Shown piece after piece: positions 1 to 14,755 of a stretch of DNA of 57,610 nt. Every line of letters starts with the position of its first letter. Within the stretch, counting starts at the first letter, position 1. The notes under the pieces were generated by a model. That model did no database searches, was not told where the DNA came from, and saw only the letters and a list, made by a program, of their open reading frames with translations. Source of the DNA: Catajapyx aquilonaris (taxonomy: Eukaryota); the NCBI GenBank assembly GCA_000934665.2, contig JYFJ02002395.1, positions 1 to 57,610 of the forward strand. The letters run 5' to 3'. The translations under genes were made by a program, and so were the position numbers.

Positions 1-3000
1 CTTGCGGTTTAGCGACACATGCATGTCTACACAAAGGTTTCAGAATAATGATAGATTGCGAACAAAATGAAAGGCATTAAAATCGGACGATTAGGAGATG
101 AGTTACGGTCATTTGAAGAAACCGGTGGCGAACATCTTTGGTAATTATTTTGTTGACCTACACCGAATTTGAAGTGCCTCCCGGTTTTAAAAGACTCTCT
201 GGTATGACCTCATCTATGATCCCTGAAAGTGGCATATTCCAGTCAAAAGGTGCAGCCTTTTTATTGTACCAGACGTACTATTAACTCCTACTCGGAATAA
301 TTTTCTATTTCTACAAGATGGCCGCCGCTCGCATTAGTTCGAGAAAATACCCAGAGATGGCTCTCTCGCCGATACCACCTATAAGAACCAGGTAATCAAC
401 ATTGAATTTGGATTATGATCCCTCTTCACTATCTCCATGTAGCCAACAAGTCGTGGAGTGTAATGTACCATTGCATATTGTACAAGTATAATGTGACAGG
501 ACTCGACAACCTTTTCAGGCGAAACATGAAGTTCTATATTTCTCAATGGAGTGGATCAATCAAAGTAATTCGAGCACAGCTGGGTGCCGTCAAGGCTGCT
601 AGAGAGGTGCTTGACCTTGAGGGCATAGTACTCATTGAGGCGCTGATAGAGGCTCGTATAGCGCCGAGTACCATTTTGTACCTTTCGGCCAACAGTCAAT
701 TGAGAATGAGTCCTGACCTCAAAAAAGAGCTATTTGCACCAAATCGACAGACGTCAATATGATGTACGCATTCAAAAATACTTCTAAATATTAATATCGA
801 ACCAACATATGCAGCCGACAACATAGATCGGCTGCATCATAAGTTGAATGGGATCCATTAATAAGGAAGGATTCAAAATTAGCTTCCAGTTCGAAAAACC
901 TCTGACGAAACCTAGGAGTTCTGGATACAGTATTCATAATGACGTCGCTGAAAAAAATAAAAAAAAACCTCACAAATTGAGAAAAGTGAGCGGTTTCAGA
1001 ACCCTCAAATTCACCCCTCCGGACATAGCAGAGATACTGCAAGAGCAGTAATATTTTTTGATATCTTTTTGGTTTTTTGTTGAATATACACTATCAAGAT
1101 AACATTGCTGGCAAATTGAATATCCCCTGATATCAATTTTTCTATAATTAGATCGGTACAAAAAGCAACTATCACACCACTTGTCTCTGGAACAAAAGTC
1201 GGAGGACTATGCTTGTGAACCTGAATACGTTAATAATAATCATGACCCAACCATGCCAATAAATTGTGGCTATTGATACAGAGGGGTTCTGTTCTAGATT
1301 GCAGATGGCCACGTGGCAAGTGGCAGCTGCATTCAACGCCTCTGGATTGAAACTTGTAGTAGTAGTTCATATAGGGCTACATTCAGGGTCTTCTGTGACA
1401 CCGTCTGGACACCGTCTGGATCACACAGTGCTCACGAGTGGAACGTCAATCAAAATGTCTTTCTAATTATATATAACCAACATATCGGCAGTCAGGGTCT
1501 CCTGAGGTTTGAAAATGTTATGAGCAACTCTTCAACGCCATTTAAGATACGCACGTTTGTTGCCATTTTCTTCACACATATGCCAACTGTTACTGGAACA
1601 TTGTAACTATGAGTAACATACACATAATCTTCAGCATCATAAATAAAGCCATGGACTATGTGAGAGTGAAATTATTGCGTTTGAATCATCAGGGCAGTCA
1701 TTCTACTATAGGTCGGATATCTCTTCATGTATGGCATCAGAATGTGACCTAATGATGAGACTGTTTCCAATACTGGTGGCCTTCTGATTCTATCAGTTAA
1801 TAAACGGTGACTGGTCAATACAAATATGAATGGAACAAATTTGAATCCAAAATGAATAACAGTACTGCAACTCTGTGACACAACATGTTCGAAGATTCTA
1901 GCGAGTATATAAAATACAGTAACATCGAATCAACATTGCAGCGTCAGAAGGTCGAGTGTATCATACACAGAATGACGTAGTACATTAGTATGAATGCATT
2001 TAAAATGAGCTTCCAGTTGGATTTGTCATATGACAAGCGACCATTACACGCACCAACCAGCACTGTCCCAGACGGTCCACCGGAGGACTGAAACATGTTT
2101 GAGATGTCTAATAAGTAAGAAGAGAGGCGAGGTGCGAAGAGATGATGTCAGGAAAACAGCCACAGCCAGACTGACACAGACAATAAATAAAAGCATCCTC
2201 AAATGCAGGTTTCTTTCAAATAAATAAGACGCTATAAGGTAACCCACCGCATTAAAAATACTGCTCCCGAAGAGACAGCAACTCTCATTTTCTATTAGTG
2301 GTAATTAGCCAAAGGAACCAAAATGCAAAATACAAGGCACATCCGATACAGTAGTCTGAAGACGTACTCAACGGCATCCGCGATATATGGCTGGCAGCAC
2401 GACAAAAGATCCAAGTTAGTACCATCAACTGACTATCAGAATTGACATCGTGCGATAAATGGTTCCATATCAGGTCCACAGAGAAATGTCAAAAAACACG
2501 CCAGAATTATTCAATTTCAGTTGTCATGGGCCATTGAAGTGGAAGATGACGATAAGAGTAATTCCAAAGGTGACACACCTGCTAAATATTTCAGGTGGAC
2601 TTTCTCCAATTATCTGATGTTAAGACACAACCGGATTGTATTTGAGAAGCAACCCGGTTTTCTGAGGCCAGAGAACAATACTGTACAACACCAAGGAGTA
2701 GTGACTGGTTTCTAGCCCCCATTGTAATCCAAGAAGCCAATATTATAACAACTTACAGCAAGATAGTAACCGTAGGTCCCTATGCAAAACAAAGTTATGA
2801 TAAATGTCGCCTTTCAGAAAAAGGGTAGCATCCATAACGTAAGTTCTCAATTTATTCTCCTGGCAATAGTCGGTTATTATATCTGATGCATTGGTGATTA
2901 GGTTCAACCAAAGAGCTTTAAATATCTATACACACAGTAACCAAGGACTTTATCCTCATGATTTACCCCTCCTGTAAAAGGACCCAAACTGCCCAAAATG

Positions 3001-6000
3001 TACACGAGTACTTAGAGCATCTTGCGATCCGAGGCTTTTCCTTTAGAAGAGGAAAAAGACAAGGGTTGGCCTGGACTCGGTCAGATGTTATCCCACCCCA
3101 GGGACACCAATTACAAGTTATACCGTAAAATCAGACACAGAGAAGGTCCTTGGCTATTTGATCACGCAACACAGACGTGTGGTCCAATTTCGGCAACAAA
3201 TAAATCTATTGTCATACACCAAATCATCGGAAATAGACCGTGGATGGATTTGCAGTGGGTGACCCAGCCCATAAACACCTTGGTGCTGGTTAAATTCAAC
3301 TCCCATGTCAGAAAATTTGGGAAATTGTGACGTAGGAATATACAATATAATTAGCTACATTGTTTTCAACAATAGCCACCAGAAGTGGGATGAAATAACA
3401 AGACATGAGGCAAAAATAAAATAAGATTATTATTTTTGTCCAAAAACACTACTTGACCCAACTTGCACTTTCTGTAGGCCTACATGCTTTGCTGCACATT
3501 ATAAGTGAATCACTCTAAGACTCCCCATGATAACACCAGTCTCACCTAAGTAGTACAGCACCTAAGATAAGTTAAATTACATCAGTACATAGCAATTAGG
3601 AAGCAGGCATGCATAATTATTCATCAGAGAATATGTATACGTACACTTATGTGATGGATAAGGGTACAATGAAATCACCATTGCAACACTTACACCGCCG
3701 TCATTTAAGCATTATTTTTAAACATATTTGATACTTAAGATGGTTAAAACGAACTGGTAATGGCTCGTTTGCTAGGCCATGAGCCATCGAAATTATTGAA
3801 GCTGAATTCGCAACAATAATTCCAAACACCTATTTGCGTCATGTGCATCTTTAAAATGCTTCAAGTGCCACTTCATGTGGCCTTTGAACCCTGAGTGACA
3901 TATACACATAACAAGTCCTGCGGCTATAGAACAAGACTCGAAGAAAGTACATCAGAAGCCACCCGAAGTAGGCGCATGCCTTCTTTTATCGAAAGGAAAA
4001 TTTACCACCACTGATTTTATGTCACCGATCGATAGTGGAAGATCCCTTGTAATTTCTACATATTTTGGAAAATTCCCCGGGGGGATCCCCACATGACTTC
4101 ATTTTGACAAACATATTGTGGCCCCTAGCAAATTCACGTTTTTTGGCACGGAAATTTTCTAAATAAATTTCGCCGGAACAGTGATTCTTCGGCATCATTT
4201 GACACCTATATTGTAACCCTCTCATTTAGACCACAGATGCCTCTGGGGAACATCGGAAGGACGTAGGGTACTGTACAGGAATATAATCCTTTCCGCAATA
4301 GCCATTTTACGCTGACGAAAACAAGACGAAGGCCAGGAGTGGTTGTAGTACTGTACTGTACTACTCATACCCATCTGCAACGGACCCCAACCAGTGCTGG
4401 AGTGCACCCCACAGCAGCCATGCCCTAACGTCATCGGCTGGCAATGGCCAAGGGTGAAACATTCTCCGTACCACCCACACCGCCCACCGCAAGAAAGTGA
4501 AGAAAGCATTGTACAGTACGACAAATTGATGTCGACTGCCTTATACGTTTCGGCTGAACGCCAAGAGACTGCATACAGTGAAGAAAGTTGTGGGGAACGC
4601 TGTAGACTATGAGGAAACCCTGAGTCAAGGGGACTGGATTATTGAGCACCGAGGTCACCCAGGAAGAGACGCAGGCAACGTCGCCGCAAGTGCCTCAAAA
4701 GCACTGCAGGAAGGAGTTTCCAAGACCTGGTGGAAGAAGTCATCAGGACATGGACTATAACCAGGACGCGTACATCTATGTACAACGCAAACAATGCCAT
4801 CATCCCCATTGAAGAAGAGTCAGTACGTGCATATAGTTTTATCTTGCTTGTATAAATGGCTGTAACAATTTGGGAAATGTTCAGATTGTTCAGTTGCATT
4901 AAATTAAAAAGTTTATTCTTCCATTAATCCTGCTGTATTCAGGAGTCACTGGTATTGTACTCACCATGTGCCACAGCCTGCACAGAAAAGATAGTTAAGC
5001 TATTTTGTGCTGCAATTTGCTAGATACTTAAATGCACGAAGGCAGTAATACATGCCACTTGCAGAGGCAAATAAGCGCTCAGTAAAACAGAATGCATTTA
5101 ATCCACTAATGACATGAGGGCAATGACGGAATAACGTCTTCTGGTACCGGTAGTGATAACGGGGAATGTGATACCATTATGTCCATCGCACACAATTCCA
5201 CCCAAGAAAGTATGTACTATATCGCCCAAGTACATCATGGAGTGATTAAGTGGATGGTATATCAGAGCCCAAAGTAGTTGGCCTTTCTGTCCCATAATCA
5301 CCAGCTTTTGCATTAGTCATAACAATAATAATGGCTACTTAACTGCCCCCATGACAGCATTTTAAGCAGAGGAGAACAAAAATGATATGTCTGTATTGCT
5401 GACGTGTGCTTCTGACGAAGAACAATATGTGCGTACATTACAGATATGAAGACTGTAGCAGCAGATACTAGAACAGCATTGGATCTGGCTATGTGTTCTA
5501 TTATAGGTAGATGTGTTGCCTACAACAATAATTTTGTTCAAATAAGTAAAATTGCTCCTTGCCCTGACTAATTAGCTTCGTCAGGATTGATGATCAACAT
5601 ACGACCATGTAGCTTCAACCAGATTTTCCTTGACATGTTCATGCAATCATTATTTTATCACAAACAGCATAACGAAACATGTTCTTGTAGTGTGTAACTA
5701 CATTCCAGTCTGGGAAAGTGTGACGATACATTCAAATACACTCAGTTCCTGCAAGGATGGCCTGAAAGGACATACGGTAGCAGAAAAAGGCACCAGCGTT
5801 CTCTCTGCATGATCCAAACCTTTGAAAGAAAATACATGCAAACAATGGGTGTATTTACCTCAGAAGCACAACCTGAGTAAAAAGTTTTGGCCCATCTACA
5901 ATTGCCAATGACTTCACTGGTAAGGATGTCGACCAGACCCAGGTAATAAGAAAGACACAGCCTATTAGCTGACATAGTAGGTGACGTTGAGTCTGATATA

Positions 6001-9000
6001 GTCTAAGAAGCACAAAACAGAGGGAATTATCACTTGAACAATCCCAAATGGCTACATATAAAAACTGCTATTAGGCCGTTCCATGCTGCTGTACAAGACA
6101 ACGACAATAAGACATGACACATTCTGACTCATGAACCTGTGCAGAAAAATTCCCTGAATAAAACAACGTCCATATTCTAACAGTTCACACTGCTGCCATT
6201 ATAAACCAGTCGTAAACATAACACAAACGACACTGTACCAACACCTGTACCAACACATACCACCATGAAGAAAGTTTCCTGGCTACTATTAAATTGGGTT
6301 ACAAAAAGTCACACAAAAAATAGGACATGCACCGCTAAGTATTCCATTACTCTCTAGACCATTACTCCCATCCATATAATTTATGTAAAAAAAAAACGCT
6401 TTTTAAAACCCCCATTAACATTGGGTCAAGCATCAACTAACCAAAACTAGGTGTAAATCTGTTCTTTTCTGAATGCTCATGTAGACCACAAGTAACATTA
6501 TTTGCATGACCCATACAAAATTTTGACAATAAAATATTAACCATAAGGTGAATAATACCGCAGAAGAATAACGTTCCATCCATCTGGGGGCGGGGAAAAG
6601 GGGACGCCATCCTCATTCCCTTCCGACTGATGGCCCCCAATGCGTTGGAGGGTCTGGAGCAGCATCAGGGGTGGAAGGAGGGCGGGCAGACGGCCCCGGG
6701 GCGGACCTACTACGGGCAGAACAGCGGGCACGAACCGGGTTCCATCAAGAGGGAAGAACATTCCGGAACGTTCTGAAAGGAAATAAAAAGGTGGATATCA
6801 CATCGCAGTTAGTAATAGCGGCTATTTGGCATAACCGTTATTTCATGTAATGGAAGCGGGCAATTATCGCTGTTAATTAAAATAGCGTTTAGTGTCATCG
6901 TTGCAATCGGACAAGGATGGAAAACCCGGATGTAGCTTTAGCCAGGCTTGGAAATAGAAATAGCCGCCATTTTGTGTGTTTCCAGTGCTATTCGGTCAAT
7001 GCCACCATCGTGTTTCCAGCACTTTTCGTTGCTCCCCCTTCATTTCGAGCCCTAGTTCTGGCTTGAATGGAACGGGAAGTTGCGAGCTCCGGTGTCCGCC
7101 CTTGTGTCCGCCCCTGGTGCTGATTATTCCTTTGAATTTGACCCTTGGTCACACACTATGGGTAGTTTATTCGGTAGTATCCATTTCTATAAGTAGGCCC
7201 TATGTGTCCTTTAATGCACTTCCAGCATTTTGTATGTGATCAAGTCCAACAAATTGGCTGGAGGTTAATTGAGTATGAGGTTTGTAAGATGAGTTTATTA
7301 TTAGGCAATGAAAACGGTTAATACTGACACATTGCACGGCACATTATTACCTACTTTGGAGTCGAGTGTGTCCCATCACAGTGGTATTGAATACTGATGA
7401 AGGAAAAAATCAACTGTCATAATGATCATTGTTGAATGATGGAAATGGCGGCAAGTACTGAGAGAAACTGTCCAGAAACTACCAGTTGATGTAAATAGTG
7501 TTGGGGTATGTCCTGCTGATCTTTGATTTTAGATTTCGTACAGCAATGCCATTGTCGGTACATTGGTCATTCAGAGGCTCTCTGGTTATTCTAGTACCAG
7601 CTTGCAACATCAAATTAGGGTCAAAGAAAGGGTCAAAAGGCCAAGGACTGTTGCCTAAAGTCCCACATTTGTGCCTCGGTTGGACTACATCATTGGTCAC
7701 ATCTAGTCCGATTGGTCACGAGAACTTGTCTTCCATGACACTTATGTTTGGGAATATGGTTCATAGCTTTTGTAATCACATAATAAGTGTAATGGCATCA
7801 AAGTATATATGTAATAAGTGACAATTGACTTCCTAAGTGAATAACTGATAGCTGTTATCTTTTCTTGAACAATATTATTTTGACTAGGGCACTATATATA
7901 ATATCAAGATGTAAATACTTGGGCACAGTGATGCTCAAATGACATCGTGTTCGTGAAGTGACAAATTAGGAGTTTTATGTTACCGTCCCCATTTGATTGA
8001 ATGATTCTGATCACATTGTGACACCATGAGTGGAAAAAAGCATACGTCATAATGAGTGTAAGTAAGGCATATGAATCACGCAGCAATCTTGCGAATGAAC
8101 GCCATCCTCAAAGTGGGTTTTCACTAAAAATTTTGCCCATCCGATAATGAACACTTGAAATTTACATACGGTCTGACATCAATGATTTCCTACTTTGTGA
8201 CGGCCTCCATGACCTTGTGTTTTTTTGGGCGCCCCATATGTGATGGATTTGCTTCAGATTTGCTTCCTATCCACTCGCCTCGCTCCTTGTCCAAAGAGGG
8301 TTCCTAGGTGGTTGATCTTTGTTAAAGGGTCGTTAGTTCCCACGTGCGTCACACCTTGCTCGGCCTTCGCTAGCTTGCATAGTGCTGATGGGTGAATTTG
8401 ATTAGGTGGAAGTTAGGTGTGCTTTTTTTAAAAACGCTAGAGAAAAACACCATACAATATTTCATATAATTGAATACATTCCTTGTTATTCCACACACTC
8501 TCAGACAAGCACAAAATGTTATCACCGCTTGATCATTCGCAAGTGTCTGACATGTTGGGTTCAACATTATCATTTTACTGACTTCGATACTTATACATAC
8601 CTACCCATATATTAATACCAATTTTGTAAGCAGTAGGAAGCTGAAATACCAAGGATAGTTGTGTAGGTACCTTTCAACTTTTGTGTCTCAGTAGGACTGC
8701 ATCCTTATTCTGATGGGTCAGTGTCGTCTGTTCTTCTAAGTGACGACTCGGAAATTGGGAAAAAACTACTTGCTAATGGCTAATGTGCTTTGAGGCAATG
8801 GGGTCGCTCACTGGCGTTATATACTTTTATATATGGCTTCACATGCGGCCTTGGCTCGCTTGAGTGGGTCTCATATAATTTTGCAGGCCGCTGTGTGTCA
8901 GTGTGATTATTATTATAGTGCCTGTTGCAGAAGGCCTACTCGCATTCCATACGTTTTGTTCGTCCGTATGTTGGTCTGATTTTTGTGCCGATTTTTGCAA

Positions 9001-9787
9001 CAATGCATGTTGGGACTCGGATGCTGTTCGTTGGTGCTCCATTTGCTGTTCTCAATTTTCATTCTGTCATGCAACTAGTTAACCTTTCCAAGTGCTTCTT
9101 CTGATCTGATGTCACTATAGTGACTTGGATATTTGCCTGGTTTCGTGTCAATCCACCCACAGGCTGACTTGTGACATAGGTTCCATGTACAGGGTGTCTA
9201 AGCCGAGTCCAGTGGTGTTGCTGGAATATTAAATATGGTTTGATTGCATGTGTCCATCATCCTTTATGGGTAATGACAGCTTATGCAAGTACAGGGTGTG
9301 CGACGATGACCCATATACTGAGTTGAAGTGTGGTGTCTCAAAATTTCCACATGGATACTATGTTGTGGCCTTGTCTTTGGGGAAGATCTCTTCGCAATCA
9401 TCGCACATTTCCAAGTGCTGTACCTTATTCCGGTCTTCTCCCTCCATCTCCAGAACTACTACCTCCTGGATATTGTTGACCAAGTTATTTGAAGCCTGTA
9501 TAGTTCGAATCTTCTTTGGGTACAGGTAGTGTGTGCCCTGTAGTTTTTGTGGCAGCAAGGAAGTTGGCACCAACATTGGGAATAGATATCGTGGGGTTGA
9601 TATGGTTGTTAGAAGGCCTCATGTTGTACTGGTCATGATGTGTTAAAGTACATCACATATTCCCTGGTTTGATACCAGAGGTTTGTATTGGTCAGTCTCC
9701 GTGTCAATATGTGAGGACTGTCTGTTGTAACAAATAGTTTAGAATGCACAGAACCAAGAAAAACATGCTGTAAATGTCATATTCTAA

Positions 9788-9970
9788 AGGCCCATTCACA
9801 CAGGCCGTCGACGGTTTTGGTTTTTGGTCGCGTTGACCCTGCGGACCAATCATGACCCATGTAAACAAGCTCTAAACAATGGGTTGTGCTTGTTTACATG
9901 AGTCATGATTGGTCCGCGGTGTCAACGCGACCAAAAACCAAAACCGGCGGCGGCCTGTGTGAATGGGCCT
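9788..9970. mobile_element. Palindromic MITE (PIF/Harbinger-like)
   Basis: Arms of about 83 bp (aggcccattcacacaggccg... / ...cggcctgtgtgaatgggcct) around a short spacer; flanks taa / tca. Confidence 0.85.
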
Positions 9971-10104
9971 TCAGTCCACCGCCATACATCAGTGAACCAC
10001 CAAAGGGTCTTCAAGAATTGTTCAGCTCAGATAACACTCGGTCTGCCTCTAAACAGAATAGATTGAAACTCTGAGGTATGTCTGTTGCAAACCATTATCA
10101 TGAC

Positions 10105-11330
10105 TTATCGACCATTATCATGACTGGTGACAAGCCCACAATGTTACCACCAATTGATCACTCACAAGTGTCTGACATCTTGGCTTCAACATTATCATTA
10201 CTTTCGGCGGCATCCACCGCCCTTCTGCTCCACAAGGAGCTGAGCTGGCCACCTCGGGCCGGCCGGTGCCATTTCTCGCCCTCGACTACTGAGTATTACT
10301 GAAGGCGATTGAGAAGATTTAGCGCAATTTGGAAACCCATCTTATCGCATGGTCTCGAGCAACCTAGCATACAATCAAGTTTCCCTCCAAACGGTACGTT
10401 GTCCTTTTTTTGTCACGTCTGGGAGCATGCGGTCAATGGCCTCGAGAGCTTCCTTCGGCGCCATTGGAGCCTCGTCGCAGATAATGATGTCGACATAGAT
10501 CACGTGTAGTTTCTGTTTCGATGTTAATGAGCGGTTTAATCTTAACGCAGGTTCAATGGCAGCCGAAACGCGGTGAACGTTTCTCTCTTTTTGCAGTCAA
10601 GAGTAACATCTGCACTTCAGGATGCCATCAGGCTTGTTTCTACCTTTGAACTTTCTTGGCTCACTTGTCCCTGAATAACATGTCGTATCTTTATGATCTA
10701 TCTGCCCGTCTGCTTTTGTTGCTTGTGTTGCCTTTGTCATATAGTTTTTAATGAATGTTGAAGGATACACCGCATTGCTACAACCTTCACCTAAACTTCA
10801 TCCTTAGCGTTACGCTACGTTCTTTGTATGATCTTACAGAGCCAGAAATACACACAGGCGTTAAGACCACTGATGTGATGGTATCGTCTCAGGTCCAGGG
10901 TTTCTCTCAAAGTAATTTCTGACAACAATGGAACTGAAGAATATTGAAGTCTGAATACTTTGTTTTAACTCCTTCAGTTGGCATCGTCTTTTGCTGCCCT
11001 CACACATGATGACAGTAGTGTTGAGGTTGCATTATTCAAGAGTTCAACATGCAGTGTATTATTATTGTTGACAGTACGTATTTCTGGAGAGTCTAGTGTA
11101 AAGGCCAACGATAATGAACTATTTTTTTCACGCTAATTTTACTTAACTCTGAACTGTCCGATTCTAGTCAGATTCTGGCGTAAGATTCCGTCTCTCTTTC
11201 TGGCCGATTTGCGTCGGAAACTTTAAAAAACCCTGATCTGACTAGAGATTATATATTTTACGTACACTTAAGCAGTTACTTTTGGTGTAGGTGGACATCG
11301 TGAGAGGTGCTGTAAAAAAAGGTGGTCTTT
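10105..11330 (+). repeat. Local segmental duplication, copy A (partner 14077-15284)
   Basis: Collinear blocks from cgaccattatcatgactggtgacaagc through the Helitron fragment to gtgagagg.gct.taaaaaaggtggtcttt, with deletions in each copy. Confidence 0.85.
10201..10585 (-). mobile_element. Helitron PIF1 helicase fragment (copy A, more degraded)
   Basis: Alignable at roughly 90% nucleotide identity (by eye) to 14383-14755. Confidence 0.8.
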
Positions 11331-13413
11331 TTAATACGCAAGGGACAAAGATGATTCCTAAGTGCGTCCATAACGAGGCATTTAGATGAAATATGATACT
11401 GTGATAATTTGGATTTATGGTTACAGAGAAGGTCGGGATTTTAATTTAACTATTTTTCTTCCCCATTTGCCAGTAAATGAAATTCACCTAGAATGCAATA
11501 TTATCGGTACTTTATGCAAAACCTGCGGCTTTGTGTAGCTCAATCGTCGGTATTGCCGTCTTTCCAGTATCATGCATGCGCATGATAATATATTTAGTCA
11601 AACTGATGCTCTGGAGTAATAACGATTGATGGCATGAATCAGTAGATTATATTTACGACATGTATAGACTTGGTTGACTGCATAATTATATCTAGTTTAC
11701 TTGATTGATAGCTTCCGTGGACAGTAAAAAGCTGCTTCTTCCCTTTAGTCACGTCCTATAACGATATCAATATTTATTCTTTGAAATGCTTATCTTTTTA
11801 AATTTTTCGCGGAAATGTGACCACCGGAATATAGCCAGTAACATGTTGTTTAAACGAATTTGTAAAAAAAGACATGAAAATCGAGAGTCACACAATTTTC
11901 AAGTCGTGGTCCTAAAAGTATAACTTACCACGTTTACATACAATCAGCCCTGCTTTGTAGATAATTATATCTGAATCGTCAATTTGATCACGTAAGGCGG
12001 GATGCAAACTTTTATAACTTGCTCCTTGACTTGACTAATAATTCTTCGCAGGCTGCAGATAATTCTTCGCAGGCAGCAGTCCAGCATAACTGCACGACAG
12101 TTTGTCTTGCCCGCCTTGCAGAGCAAAACGCTATAATTATATTGATGTGATGAATGTCCATCTCTTTGCGCACTCAATAGTATTTTTTATCTTGAAAAAA
12201 TATGCATTTAAAATGCATTTTTGCCAAAAGTGCAGTTACAGCGATTTGCCATGCGGCTGGAGTTTTGGTATGATGTGTTTCACTTGCTTGAAGAAGCTAA
12301 GCAGTGTGTAACAAAAAAGTAATTTAAATTGGCAGTTTAGTAATGTAAGTGTATCATAGCCACTAGATATAATTGAACTCTGTTGTCACATAGTATTTTC
12401 AGGCCATATTTTATTTCATACTCTGGTCAGTTTGGTCGTGAGGTGAATGTCTGGCTTGTTTCATCTGCCTCTGACCGGAATATTTTATCAACCACTGTTC
12501 TCATTCAAAGTGAACCAATATTTCCGTCTTGAAAGTCATTATGAATTAATTTCCGTAAACAATGTTTTTAAAATACATTTCAGTCAGTTAATATAATTTC
12601 GTGTGACCTGTAAGTTTGTTGGTTCAACAACATGTCGATACCGCCGAGGAAAAATGTAACATTTATGACTTCATATTAGATAGAATGGTATCGAGACCAA
12701 GGCAGGTGCCAATAAGGCCCCCTATTCTCTCATTCATATGTACTAAAACTAAATAATGTGATTCGATGATCACCCGACAGTCATAAAGGCTGGATTACGA
12801 AGTCGAGATTCGTACAAACCAGCTATACAAGGTGATTATGGTCATTACCTCCAATATGCTATATCTAGCCTATCGATAATGTGTGAATATCTGCCTACCT
12901 GCCGTATCCTGCCACACCATTGCCCCAGTTGTCCTATGGCCCATAAACAACACTGATGTGTAATGGACACCGTCAACAAAAAAGCTTCTTGTCGGTCACT
13001 GGTAGGCCTACCACATCCTGTTGTCCGCTGGTTGACGTCCAAACTTGTTGGTTCCCCTCATCCCCACTTCTTTGGCTTTCAGGCTGTCGTCATAGAATCA
13101 GTCAGCTGCAAGAAAAATTTTAATTTTAGGCGGAATCAAAAACACTAGCACCATCTTCTTTGCTATGTTTTTTTCTAACGCCCAGACCCTGTGCCAAACT
13201 GACATTTATGCAGTTGGACGTTACCTTTTCGTAAATAAAATGTTGAAGCTCACCCATATGTCCAGGGTACATAAAATAGATGAAGGCCTTCTTCAATTGT
13301 ATAGCACCATTCAGAATGGTTTTGACCTTCGTCGTGACCTTTGTTATCCCTTGGGTATTTGGATTCTGGGTCCTACATAAACAAACAAATAAACTATTTT
13401 CAGTCGTCCAGTA

Positions 13414-13954
13414 TTTGGTGCAACATAGTGTGCCAACAGACAAATATTTCTTAGCAGAAATTATCATACTCTCATTATTCATCATCTGTGTCCTCCTCTA
13501 GGATCAAATTAATATCCAAGGGCAGTTGTGTATCTTGGAACTATTGTGTTTCAGTAGGACTGCATCCTTAGTCAGTGTCGTTATGAGAATACTTCTTCTG
13601 CAGTTACCCCTACTTCTTAATGGTGTAGGAGGTTTCCAGGCTTTTTTTCCCCCCAGGAAGTCATCGTCATCATTCCAGTTTAGTTCAAATATTTCTAGGA
13701 TACAGGTAGTGTGTACCCTGTAGCATCTGTAAGAAATGTCGAGTATAATCTGACACGTTAGGCTATAATTCATGTGAGAGCCTTGAACCAGAGAACGGTA
13801 CTGCTGCCGTAGCTAGAGTTTGTGCGTATCTCTCTCTTGAAGGATAGACTTGGGAGTTAAGTGAACTGGGTTGATAGGTCGATCACGTTGTCTTTATCTG
13901 ATATACAAATGCATCAAAGATTATCACTGTTTATCCCGTGGGGATCTCGTGTGG
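13414..13954 (+). repeat. About 540-bp recent direct duplication, copy 1
   Basis: Nearly identical to 15285-15826 (tttggtgcaacatagtgtgcc ... gggatctcgtgtgg). Confidence 0.95.
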
Positions 13955-13959
13955 TTGGT

Positions 13960-14280
13960 GTGAAGGGTGGCCCGGAGAACATGTCTTCCATGATATTTTA
14001 TGTTGTGGGATATAGTGACTAGTGTTATAAAGAAGTTTAGGGAGTTCTTCCGTTGTAGCACACTCTTAGAATCGTTTCGACCATTATCATGACTGGTGAC
14101 AAGCACAAAATGTCACTACCAATTGATCATTCACAAGTGTCTGACATCTTGGCTTCAACATTATCATTTTACTGACTTCGATACACCTACCCATATATTA
14201 ATGCCCATTTGGTAAGTAGTTTAGGATGCTCAAATACCAAGGGCAGTTGTGTAACTTTCAACTTTTGTGTCTCAGGATGA
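13960..14280 (+). mobile_element. Ancient L1/Tx1-like RT fragment (relatives at about 7620-7800, 8500-8720, 10105-10200, 21207-22000, 28410-28570, 29160-29530)
   Basis: Broken frames give ..GPEN..FY.(fs)WDIV..V.K.F and FRPLS*LVTSTK...I.K.LTSWL. Nucleotide similarity among the listed segments is visible by eye. Confidence 0.5.
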
Positions 14281-14755
14281 CCTACATCGTACGGAACCCA
14301 ACCGGCCGTATCCTAGCTTCACCTTCGTGCGCAATAGGGCGCTCATTCGATAGCATTGAGCACACCCCTGCTTCACCTTCGCTTTCGGCAGCATCCACAG
14401 CCCTTCTGCTCCACAAAGAGCTGAGCTGGCCACCTCGGAACCGGTGCCATTTCTCGCTCTCGACTATGTACTGAAGGCCATTGAGATGATTTGGCGCAAT
14501 TTGGAAACCCATCTTATCGCATGGTCTCGAGCAACCTAGCATACAATCAAGTTTCCCTCCAAACGGTACACTGTCCTTCTTTGTCACGTCTCGGAGCATG
14601 CGGTCAACGGCCTCGAGAGCTTCCTTCGGCGCCATTGGGGCCTCGTCCCAGATAATGACGTCGACAGAGATCACGTGTAGTTTCTCTTTCGATGTTAATG
14701 AGCGGTTTAATCTTAACGCAGGTTCAATGGCAGCCGAAACGCGGTGAGCATTTCT
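14281..14755 (-). mobile_element. Helitron Rep/PIF1 helicase fragment (copy B)
   Basis: AFRLPLNL, then VIIWDEAPMAPKEALEAVDRMLRDVTKKDSVPFGGK (PIF1 Walker B region). Frameshifted continuation CAKSSQWPSV. Confidence 0.85.

Noticed and set aside
1250..2250. Degraded glycosyltransferase (GT92-like) gene on the minus strand (TM-like segment, GICVK, RILNGVE)
   Set aside because: The motif matches are too short and interrupted by many stops; this needs a frameshift-aware search.
4290..4860. GC-richer, exon-like stretch with several overlapping short ORFs
   Set aside because: No recognisable domain and no consistent splice or frame structure could be established.
12850..13060. LINE endonuclease N-terminal remnant on the minus strand (DVVGL..T, GNGVA)
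   Set aside because: Motifs are short and split over frames; plausible but not supportable without a profile search.
14281..14320. Intact Helitron 3' terminus (hairpin tacgg...ccgta)
   Set aside because: On the helicase strand the hairpin is followed by GTAG|G rather than CTRR|T, so the terminus is not supported.
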